41,657 bases of DNA from positions 1 through 41,657 of IMG/VR virus record IMGVR_UViG_3300027419_000013. One strand, written 5' to 3'. Origin of the DNA: a virus. The position numbers were made by a program, and so were the translations under genes. The notes below the pieces were generated by a model. It did no database searches. It was not told where the DNA came from and saw only the letters and a list, made by a program, of their open reading frames with translations. Below, piece by piece: positions 25,094 to 32,472 of the stretch (position 1 is its first letter; each line of letters opens with the position of its first letter).

Positions 25094-25680
25094 AAGCCAA
25101 ACCCTGAATAATGACAGGGGTCACTAATATCGAGCTTGTCGTGAAAGAGTTCTTCCCACACCGCTTCCATTCCCTCATTTAGGTGTATGTCATCGAAAAT
25201 AAGTATCGACCCCCTCTTCATAAAGGGTGAATAAAGTAAAAGCTCTCTCCTTAATTGAATCTCCTCATGCAGGGTATCAATGAACCACACATCTGTCTTT
25301 TTGAGGTCAATCCCTTTCCAGATGTCCAAGTCCAGATCGTCACTCAGAATCTTCTTTACTTGGGGGTAGTCGTGCTTCATCCACTTCCAGGCTATTTCAG
25401 GATCATTGTCGACTGAGTAGAGAATGGAATCTTCAGGAAGAGCCGTCGCCATGAGGATGGTCGAGATACCTGAAGCTGCGCCCAACTCGACTACTTGTTT
25501 GGGTTGTAAAAGTTTCATCAGGCAGTGAAGCCACTGGTAGTACTGATTGGGTTTTCCGGAGATATTCTTAACCTCCAACTGTTGTCCCCAACCGACATTG
25601 GCAATATGATCCTGTAATGGAACCAGATCCAACTCTTTCACTAGCTCCATTACTTTCTCGTTCAGTTCTACCGCTTTCAT
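25081..25680 (-). CDS. class I SAM-dependent methyltransferase (second, CmcI-like)
   Basis: 'VVELGAASGISTILMA' and 'DVWFIDTLHEE' give the same architecture as the neighbouring methyltransferase. Confidence 0.7.
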   Translation of the reverse strand: MKAVELNEKVMELVKELDLVPLQDHIANVGWGQQLEVKNISGKPNQYYQWLHCLMKLLQPKQVVELGAASGISTILMATALPEDSILYSVDNDPEIAWKWMKHDYPQVKKILSDDLDLDIWKGIDLKKTDVWFIDTLHEEIQLRRELLLYSPFMKRGSILIFDDIHLNEGMEAVWEELFHDKLDISDPCHYSGFGFCVL

Positions 25681-25823
25681 TTTTTGAACCTTTCTTTGTA
25701 ATTAGCTGCTGACTCGCAAATCTTTGAACAATACACTTTTGGCAAGTCACCCCTTTTGTTCTGGGCGAAGGTAAATAAGATTTTCCCGCACCCGGCACAT
25801 TTTGTCGTATACATTCCGCTCAT
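25677..25823 (-). CDS. 48-aa zinc-ribbon micro-protein inside the glyco-island (not in the ORF track in this frame)
   Basis: Hand translation: MSGMYTTKCAGCGKILFTFAQNKRGDLPKVYCSKICESAANYKERFKK. ATGA overlaps at both ends (25820-25823 and 25677-25680). Confidence 0.55.
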   Translation of the reverse strand: MSGMYTTKCAGCGKILFTFAQNKRGDLPKVYCSKICESAANYKERFKK

Positions 25824-27136
25824 ATTTTCACCTCCAGTAGATAACAACCTTCAGCGTCTAAGCCGAAGTAAATAATTTCGTGGCCTTTTACCATTTCTAT
25901 CAGTTCTTCCTTGGTGAAGATTCTTAAGTGTCCTGAGGGCAATCCGTCATCCCATGTCCCATGTTCTTCTGTCTTGTGCTGCAAGATCCCGACGTGTTCA
26001 GGTGAGGGGGTGGTTAGAAATAACGTCCCGCCACTTCTCCCCAGTGTCAGGGCGTGGTCGATCGCCTTTTTAGCGTCAGGGAGGTGTTCTATGACCTCCG
26101 CCATCACTACAACGTCATATTTACCCTTGTGATCCATTAAGTCTTCACAAACAAACTCTGCTGGTACCGAAAACTTCTTTGACCTTTCGTTGGCTAAGTC
26201 CACAGACGGTTTGAATAAATTGACCCCGGTGCAGCGGACACCTTTACCGGCCAGGGTTAGGCAAAGGTACCCGTCCGCACAACCGAGATCAACCAGCGTC
26301 TTGGGTGAAAGTTCCTGTATTCTTTTGACCAGCCATTTGAACCTGGGGTGGGTTTGATCTACTTGAAAGGCAAGGTCTTCGGGCATAGGTGTTTCTTTGA
26401 GGTCTTCCCCGTAGTATTTCTTGTAGTCTTCTGGGTTGAAAGCGTGTTTGACCCTTAACCACAACCTGTCTTTTCTCGGCCAATCGGTGTCTTTTACTAA
26501 TTCCCAGGCTTTTAGGGCTTGGTTGTTCTCAAGCAGATCTTCTACTTGCCGATCAAGTGACATTTCAGACTTAAATTCCTCATTCCACTGCCTTGCCACA
26601 TTCTCCCAACTGAATTTCTTCGCCCATTCCATCATTTTTGGACGGATGAACTCCTGTTGCTTCTCGTCTTTGAGTAACGAGGTTAAAGATTTTACATACA
26701 GATCCCTAACTTCGGGGTCATAAATGTCTCCGTCAACCTTTATCCCATACTGAACGGTTTCTGTAAGCGCGGCGTAGTTTATAACCACAGGAATGGCTCC
26801 CCAGGCCTGAGCTTTCATCGCTGTAATGCAGGAAATTTCACCAAAGTGGGTGGGGTACGCCCAGATAGCGGCGTTTTCCATCTCCTTCCTTACTGCTTCG
26901 TGGGAGATCCTCCCTAGATGGGTAATACCGGGCTGGGACATTAATTCATTCACCTTACGTTTCCACTCCTGTCTCTCCGGATTGTCGTGATAAACCTTGT
27001 CAAATAGATTCCAGCCGTAGAAAACCCTCAGTTGTGCATCGGGGACTTCCTCTTTGACCTTTGGCCACATCTTCAACAGATGCTCCAAGCCCCTATCGTA
27101 TGAAGACCCATATACCATCAGGTGTGCGTTTCTCAT
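25820..27136 (-). CDS. bifunctional protein: GT-B C-terminal half plus class I SAM methyltransferase
   Basis: The N-terminal part has 'LMVYGSSYDRGLEHLL...PDAQLRVFYGW' and 'GEISCITAMKAQAWGAIPVV' (GT1 C-domain). The C-terminal part has 'LVDLGCADGYLCLTLA' and 'VVVMAEVIEHLPD' (methyltransferase). Confidence 0.7.
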   Translation of the reverse strand: MRNAHLMVYGSSYDRGLEHLLKMWPKVKEEVPDAQLRVFYGWNLFDKVYHDNPERQEWKRKVNELMSQPGITHLGRISHEAVRKEMENAAIWAYPTHFGEISCITAMKAQAWGAIPVVINYAALTETVQYGIKVDGDIYDPEVRDLYVKSLTSLLKDEKQQEFIRPKMMEWAKKFSWENVARQWNEEFKSEMSLDRQVEDLLENNQALKAWELVKDTDWPRKDRLWLRVKHAFNPEDYKKYYGEDLKETPMPEDLAFQVDQTHPRFKWLVKRIQELSPKTLVDLGCADGYLCLTLAGKGVRCTGVNLFKPSVDLANERSKKFSVPAEFVCEDLMDHKGKYDVVVMAEVIEHLPDAKKAIDHALTLGRSGGTLFLTTPSPEHVGILQHKTEEHGTWDDGLPSGHLRIFTKEELIEMVKGHEIIYFGLDAEGCYLLEVKI

Positions 27137-28881
27137 AGATTAATGCCGTTCGCTGTAATTAACACTTTATCTTCAGCCAGGGAAGGGACATTATCCCTAT
27201 GCCACTTTGAAAGGAACATAACTCTGTCTACTTTTTCGACTCTTTCTTTGGTGTAGTGGAGAGGACTTTGGATGTCGTGGTTCCAGCAGTATTTCTTCAT
27301 GGCCTTAATGGGGAAATCGAACAACCCAATCTGTCTCCAGGCGATGAATACATTGAAGTAATCTTTGAGGTTGAGATGGTAGTGGGGAAGCCAGTGCGCC
27401 CCGTCATAATCACCCGCTTCTTCCATGGGGTCAGCATAGATCGTAACTTCCCATCCCAGTTTCGTTAATTCTCTAGCCATATTTATAACTGCCTCTTCCG
27501 AACCCCCCACACCTTTGGCGACACTCTTTGGCGACCACTGTTCAAACCCCGGACCGCAATAGATAGCAATCTCGTTACCCCTCCACTCTCTGGGTGGCAT
27601 GTACTCTGCTCTCATTTGTACAAGAGCTGGTTCATTGGCGATCTCCTTGGGAATAGCATTGATAATGGCTTTGAGTTTTTCAACCTGCCCGGTTGATTTC
27701 AGGTGATAGGCTAGTTTGACTGTCCAGTGGGCTATGTCATTTCTGTGTTTCAAGTCTTCAACCTCTTTAACCCGGCTGACGTTTATATCGGTAGGCATAA
27801 TCCTGACTAACTCAGTGGCGACCTTGTGACACAATTCAAGTTGTCCCGTGTTTAAGTAGATATGGAACAAGGCTTCATAGATCATGGACTTATAATCCCT
27901 GGGGTTTATAACGAGGGTTGTTTTGGGGATGTCTACCCGGTCAACCAGTTTGATCCAATGTAAAGCTCTTCCCCAGTCTTTTTGCACCACATAACAGAGG
28001 GCGAGTTGGATATAGATTGAGGGGAATTTGGGATCTTCATGTAAGGCTTCCAGGAGGGCGTAAACCGCTTTGTCGAACTCTCCCATCTCGCGGTGGATCA
28101 TGGATATGTATTCCCAACATTGTGCCCTTTCCTCCTGCCAGCCCGACTTACGGATGTAGTCCTTCATCAGTTCTAACGTTAAAGAGCCAAGACCCTCTCC
28201 TATTGGTTCATAAAGAAGCTCAGGCAACCTTGTATCAAAGTACGCCTTTGCGAGGTAATAAATAGGCCGAGGGTCTTCGGGGATGCGCATGACTTCTTCT
28301 TCTAAGATCTCTATGTTTCTAAACATGGATTTCTCCATATCTTCAGGTCTGATTAAGTGCACCACCATAAAGCCCTTGAAATCGGTCTTATCTGATGGTA
28401 CTTTTTCTATTAATGTTTCGTGTATGGGGGCGATCCACTCATACGTCCCGTCGTTTCTCACCAGTCTTTCTCTCAAGTGTTCTATTAGTATATTTTTGAC
28501 GTTTCCATTTTCATCCAGCTCCACTTGGTACAGGTAGCGAGTGAAGATGGCCTTTATGTTATTAGCCTCTGCCAACTGAACGGCCTGTCTGAAAGTCTCC
28601 GCTCCTACCACTACATCATCTGCGTCACACCAAAATATCCATTCATAACCCTTGGCTTGTTGGAAGTTGAAGTTTCTGGCTGCGGAGAAGTCTTTAATCC
28701 ATGAAAACCACGACCATTCTGCGTTGTACTCTTTACAGATCTTCTTAATCTTTTTCTGGGGTTCCTTAGTCCCTGTTATGAATATCTTATCTACATGTTT
28801 GGCGAAGGAATTTAAACACCTCCGCAGTTCCTCTGCCTCGGAATCATCCTTTATTATGAGACAAGCCGCTATTTTAGACAT
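27133..28881 (-). CDS. GT2 glycosyltransferase, helical TPR-like region and GT-B N-terminal half
   Basis: 'IAACLIIKDDSE', 'DFSAARNF' and 'IFWCDADDVV' mark the GT2 domain. A helical repeat-like middle follows ('YYLAKAYF', 'ALLEALHEDP'). Then 'IAIYCGPG...GVGGSEEAVINMARELTKLGWEVTIY' is a GT4 N-domain. The track ORF starts at 28914, inside the terminator. The ATG at 28881 follows the T-tract. Confidence 0.7.
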   Translation of the reverse strand: MSKIAACLIIKDDSEAEELRRCLNSFAKHVDKIFITGTKEPQKKIKKICKEYNAEWSWFSWIKDFSAARNFNFQQAKGYEWIFWCDADDVVVGAETFRQAVQLAEANNIKAIFTRYLYQVELDENGNVKNILIEHLRERLVRNDGTYEWIAPIHETLIEKVPSDKTDFKGFMVVHLIRPEDMEKSMFRNIEILEEEVMRIPEDPRPIYYLAKAYFDTRLPELLYEPIGEGLGSLTLELMKDYIRKSGWQEERAQCWEYISMIHREMGEFDKAVYALLEALHEDPKFPSIYIQLALCYVVQKDWGRALHWIKLVDRVDIPKTTLVINPRDYKSMIYEALFHIYLNTGQLELCHKVATELVRIMPTDINVSRVKEVEDLKHRNDIAHWTVKLAYHLKSTGQVEKLKAIINAIPKEIANEPALVQMRAEYMPPREWRGNEIAIYCGPGFEQWSPKSVAKGVGGSEEAVINMARELTKLGWEVTIYADPMEEAGDYDGAHWLPHYHLNLKDYFNVFIAWRQIGLFDFPIKAMKKYCWNHDIQSPLHYTKERVEKVDRVMFLSKWHRDNVPSLAEDKVLITANGINL

Positions 28882-28911
28882 AAAAAAAGCGGGCCTCTTT
28901 CGAGAACCCGC
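28882..28911 (-). terminator. rho-independent terminator (upstream boundary of the glyco-island)
   Basis: Minus strand: GCGGG(T)TCTC-GAAA-GAGGCCCGC + TTTTTTT, then the ATG. Confidence 0.75.
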
Positions 28912-28961
28912 CATAGGCCTTCAAAGCCGTACGAGATTAGTTGCTCGTATTATATCACAAT

Positions 28962-29270
28962 TTACGGGTTGGTGCCTGAGGCGACAGTTGTGAAGAAATT
29001 GAACTTACACTCATTGATTGACTTACCTACCGTGACTGATTGGGCAACACATGCCGCACACCATAGCTCGTAAGGGTTATTACTTGTCGAAGACCCTACC
29101 GTTTGAAGCCAGCAACGTTCAATTTCGCTCAAAGGTTTCTGTCCGTCTTGTCCTTTGGCAACGTAATAAGCCCTCTTGTGGTCTTCCAGGGGGGCGTTAT
29201 TAGCCACTCCACTCCTGGTGGCGTACCAATCGTGTTCTGCTCCGCTTAATGTTGTTGATTGTATGGCCAT
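28962..29270 (-). CDS. hypothetical virion-module protein
   Basis: 102-aa ORF downstream of the capsid genes. Confidence 0.6.
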   Translation of the reverse strand: MAIQSTTLSGAEHDWYATRSGVANNAPLEDHKRAYYVAKGQDGQKPLSEIERCWLQTVGSSTSNNPYELWCAACVAQSVTVGKSINECKFNFFTTVASGTNP

Positions 29271-29719
29271 TAATTAAATTCACCTCCGACTTTAAAGATT
29301 TTGAAACGTTTAACAAACTTATTTACAAAGGTTTTATCAAATTGCTGTAAAGGGAAGGCGATTTTTATGATTTTGTTCAGTCTTAGGGGGAAGGCTCCCA
29401 CATACTTTGTTTCCTTTGACTTAGAATATCCACCTTGCCCTCTGGTTTGTCTGATGTCGGGAATGGTTTTTGTAAATTTATCCCATTCATTGGGCCATCT
29501 CTCGGCGAAAAACTTAATTACCCCCTCCAAAACCACCCAGTCTGTTTCGTTTGTTACAGACATTCTTCCTCTCGAAAGTTGAACGAGTCTGTCTACTGCC
29601 TGTACGTCGTTTTTCTTGTACTGTTTCCACACCAAATTAGCCGTTGGGTTGACGGTCTTCTCGTATTTATACAGAGCCTCGTACTGATCTGGTGTAATTA
29701 TGGTGTTCATGGTGCTCAT
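29270..29719 (-). CDS. hypothetical virion-module protein
   Basis: 149-aa ORF directly after the capsid gene. Confidence 0.6.
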   Translation of the reverse strand: MSTMNTIITPDQYEALYKYEKTVNPTANLVWKQYKKNDVQAVDRLVQLSRGRMSVTNETDWVVLEGVIKFFAERWPNEWDKFTKTIPDIRQTRGQGGYSKSKETKYVGAFPLRLNKIIKIAFPLQQFDKTFVNKFVKRFKIFKVGGEFN

Positions 29720-29721
29720 CC

Positions 29722-29742
29722 CAGTCCGTGAGGGACGGACTG
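29722..29742 (-). promoter_or_regulatory. perfect 8-bp stem-loop without a U-tract, between the capsid stop and the next start
   Basis: cagtccgt-gaggg-acggactg. The 3' arm ends 2 nt before the ATG at 29719. Confidence 0.6.
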
Positions 29743-29755
29743 AGTGAACCGGCTA

Positions 29756-30670
29756 CTAACCGTTTACGTTGTAGCCTGATCGGGCGACAGAAGTTCTTTC
29801 ACCAAGGTATTCCAAAGTGAACTCTCCCACGATTTGGCCGTTTTCACGGTCACCGTCCTTGGCAAGCATCTCCTTGAAGGGCTTGCGTAGGTAGGCAACG
29901 CGGTATTTGTCCTCTTTGATACCGATGAAGAACGGACCCGGTGTCGCGGCTGCGGACGGAACGTACCTGTGTTGCATAATTCTATGCACACCGGCAGAGG
30001 TTTCGTAGATAGCCACTGGCTGGGTCAGTTTCTTGTCTGATTGATCCACGTATTTTGTGGCACCGGCTGTGAAGCCGTCAATCTTCCTCTTAAGACCGAA
30101 GGGAACCAGGACGAGGTCGAAGCTGTTGTCAGTTCCACCTTTATCCCAGGAGGCTTGCGCCATATCCTGAAACTCGGTTTCTGATAACGAGGTACCAGAG
30201 TTGCGAGCGGTGTAAAGGGTGGTAATGACTGACTTCAGACCCGCCATGGACGCACCTGTTCCGGAGACTCCCGAAGAGAGTGCACCTTGTACCAGGGCGT
30301 ATTCCTGTTTCATCTTCCAGGTTCTAAGAGCTTTCGCACTCTGGTAATTCAGAGGGTCCTGTCCACTTCCTGGATCAGTTGCTCTTTCAGTACCGGAGAC
30401 GCGGAAGGTTTCCGTCAAGATGGCCGTCAGATTGACGATTCTTGAAGGCTGGGTCAAAGCCGAATATGTTGCGGCGGCACCCTCACCTGCGAAGGTCACA
30501 GAAGAAGGAGGAGTAATGTAATCCTCCAACCACTGATGGATCGTGTCTTTTGCCGTGGAGGTCTTAAGCATTGTTGCCAATGGAGTATCATCCGGCGTTA
30601 CGTCGGCTACGATACTCAATAAGTCCTCACGTCGTGAGACATCATCAAATGTTACTAGCATGTTATTCAC
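29756..30670 (-). CDS. major capsid protein (DUF5309/SU10-like family)
   Basis: The N-terminal 'RREDLLSIVADVTPDDTPLATMLKTSTAKDTIHQWLED' matches the conserved start of DUF5309-type coat proteins. It follows the scaffold gene and has a good SD (GAAAGGAGTG). Confidence 0.8.
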   Translation of the reverse strand: MNNMLVTFDDVSRREDLLSIVADVTPDDTPLATMLKTSTAKDTIHQWLEDYITPPSSVTFAGEGAAATYSALTQPSRIVNLTAILTETFRVSGTERATDPGSGQDPLNYQSAKALRTWKMKQEYALVQGALSSGVSGTGASMAGLKSVITTLYTARNSGTSLSETEFQDMAQASWDKGGTDNSFDLVLVPFGLKRKIDGFTAGATKYVDQSDKKLTQPVAIYETSAGVHRIMQHRYVPSAAATPGPFFIGIKEDKYRVAYLRKPFKEMLAKDGDRENGQIVGEFTLEYLGERTSVARSGYNVNG

Positions 30671-30682
30671 ACTCCTTTCTCA

Positions 30683-30710
30683 GCACGGATTCTTACCTCC
30701 CAATCCGTGC
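30683..30710 (-). promoter_or_regulatory. 9-bp stem-loop between the scaffold and capsid genes
   Basis: gcacggatt-(10 nt)-aatccgtgc with no U-tract. It sits just upstream of the capsid SD. Confidence 0.55.
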
Positions 30711-30725
30711 CGTAGATTGGTGAGG

Positions 30726-31523
30726 CTACTTGTTAGCCCAAGGTATAGAGTTCATGCGGGCAGCGATTGCATCAACTCCCGTATCTCCTCCCCTCCGGGT
30801 CAATTCCCTTAGTCGTTCCATGTCAGCTTGTGACTGCTGGGTACGAGACTGGGAAGAGGTTTGAGTGTTGGCTTGCAAAGCCGCCTGCTCTTTCTCTGTT
30901 ACCTCTTGCAACGCCTTCTCCGCACCTGATTTCTCAGCTTTGGAAACAGCTTTGCTGTACTTCTTCGCAATGGAGTCAGCAATGTCAGAGACGGTCACGT
31001 TCTCCCCTTTCCATTTTCGGAAGAGCCATTTACTGGCTATTTCATCCTCAATTTCAGGGTCGGCAAACAATTCAGGGTGTCTCTCGCGAGCTTTATACTC
31101 GTCGATCTGTTCAGCCACTGATTGTTCTGCTCTTACAGATGCTTGTCTTGCTGATTCAGCATGTAGGGCTGCGTTGTAAGCTGGTCGGTTAATCTCGCCC
31201 GTGATAGGGTCTGTAAAATCTTCAGTCCTTATCTGTTGAGCCAAATTAACTTGGTTTACTGGCGGCCTGAAAGCCGAAAAGGCAGACTCGTTCTTTGAAC
31301 GTGCTTTGCGCTCATCCTTAAGCCGTTTGATCTCCAGACGTTGTTCTTGGAAAGCCCTCCGCTGTCCCTCGACATCTTCTGGAAAATCATCTGTTGTTGC
31401 GCTTACGGTTGCGTCCGTAGTTTGGGTTTGCTCCTCAGTAGAAGGAGCTTCAACTACTGGCGGGGTAGTCTGGGTAGTTTCCTCTACCTCTTTTTGTTCA
31501 GCCACTTGTTTCAAATCGTCCAT
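30726..31523 (-). CDS. scaffolding protein
   Basis: Acidic, helical, Q/E/A-rich protein of about 265 aa between the portal-side genes and the capsid gene. The ATG at 31523 lies 8 nt after AAGGAGGTG. The track start at 31532 is a GTG. Confidence 0.7.
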   Translation of the reverse strand: MDDLKQVAEQKEVEETTQTTPPVVEAPSTEEQTQTTDATVSATTDDFPEDVEGQRRAFQEQRLEIKRLKDERKARSKNESAFSAFRPPVNQVNLAQQIRTEDFTDPITGEINRPAYNAALHAESARQASVRAEQSVAEQIDEYKARERHPELFADPEIEDEIASKWLFRKWKGENVTVSDIADSIAKKYSKAVSKAEKSGAEKALQEVTEKEQAALQANTQTSSQSRTQQSQADMERLRELTRRGGDTGVDAIAARMNSIPWANK

Positions 31524-31612
31524 TTTCATCACCTCCTTTCTTCAGCCTGATAACGTTGGCGAGACGAAAAATGGGTCCAGCCTTATGAGCTGGTCTCGAC
31601 CTTAAGCCGGGA

Positions 31613-31864
31613 TCAGATCACAAGAGTGCCTTTTTTGTCATATAAATGACCCTCGATAATCTTGTCGCCAGGATCGAGGGCGAACCCCCAGTCGCAGTGG
31701 TTACACTGTGCTTCTCTCCCGGCAATCCTTATGAAAAAGTGCGGTTCTTCCTTATGAATCTTCTGGGGTGTGAGATTTGTGATAACCTCAGCTTCGCCCC
31801 AAAATTCCTTATCTGCGCTTTCGGGCAGATCGGGAAGATCTTTTTTTGAAACCGTTTGTGGCAT
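31613..31864 (-). CDS. hypothetical protein (CNHC motif)
   Basis: 83-aa ORF in the head module. Confidence 0.55.
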   Translation of the reverse strand: MPQTVSKKDLPDLPESADKEFWGEAEVITNLTPQKIHKEEPHFFIRIAGREAQCNHCDWGFALDPGDKIIEGHLYDKKGTLVI

Positions 31865-31880
31865 AGATATAGGACATAGA

Positions 31881-32150
31881 CTAATACCTGATGTAAGATA
31901 ACGAGGCGTTAGCGTAGGCAGCTACACCGTCGGGTTGACCGGCATATTGAAGCCGTGCATCCTGAGCCTGTAAAGCAGCTGCTATTCCTTCATCAGAGAA
32001 AGTCTTGGAATCATTAGGACCGAACACGTATTCAATCCCTTCATAGATAACCCTCACTGTCCCCTGATCGCCCTGAACTGCTCCCAGTGCCTTGGTATCA
32101 ATTCCGGATCGATTTGCCAGACTACCAATGTTTTTTAATGTGACACTCAT
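31881..32150 (-). CDS. hypothetical head-module protein
   Basis: 89-aa ORF with consensus SD AAAGGAGGTG at about 8 nt. Confidence 0.65.
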   Translation of the reverse strand: MSVTLKNIGSLANRSGIDTKALGAVQGDQGTVRVIYEGIEYVFGPNDSKTFSDEGIAAALQAQDARLQYAGQPDGVAAYANASLSYIRY

Positions 32151-32166
32151 GCAATGTTCACCTCCT

Positions 32167-32472
32167 TTAGTTAATTGTTTTGGGAACGAGTTCCCCTTTT
32201 TCTTTTTTAGTTAACATTTCAGCTTCTTCGATGTTTTTCTCCATCCAGGCAAGAATAGAATCAGCAGCCGAGGCGAAAGCCCAAGCTGTCTTCATAGCGT
32301 ACGAGTATTCCTCGTCGTTTTTGAATTTACGCGGGTCTACCCATGAGTTACGGATTTGCGACTGGAGCCATGGGAGGAGGTGCTTGTGCCACCCCTCCGT
32401 TGCCGCCATTTCCTTGAGGCGGAACCCCTGCTCCTGCAACTCCTGCTCCTGGGGGGAGAGTTTGTTGGACAT
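32167..32472 (-). CDS. hypothetical protein overlapping the portal 3' end
   Basis: The track start at 32487 is a TTG. The first ATG is at 32472 (MSNKLSPQEQ...). It is helical and globular-looking ('WHKHLLPWLQSQIRNSWVDPRKF') and overlaps the portal gene by 125 nt. Confidence 0.5.
   Translation of the reverse strand: MSNKLSPQEQELQEQGFRLKEMAATEGWHKHLLPWLQSQIRNSWVDPRKFKNDEEYSYAMKTAWAFASAADSILAWMEKNIEEAEMLTKKEKGELVPKTIN

Noticed and set aside
25568-25798. 76-aa minus-strand track ORF between the GT/methyltransferase fusion and the second methyltransferase
   Set aside because: It runs 113 nt into the downstream methyltransferase gene and is R/S/G-rich. The alternative frame, 25677-25823, is ATGA-coupled at both ends and encodes a clean zinc ribbon.
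19696-28881. Interpretation of the glycosyltransferase cluster as a DNA hypermodification (base glycosylation) system or as lysogenic serotype conversion
   Set aside because: No dCMP/dUMP hydroxymethylase, thymidylate-synthase-like or other base-modifying gene is visible, and no integrase or repressor is visible either. Both ideas are therefore less parsimonious than virion or envelope glycosylation, though neither is excluded.
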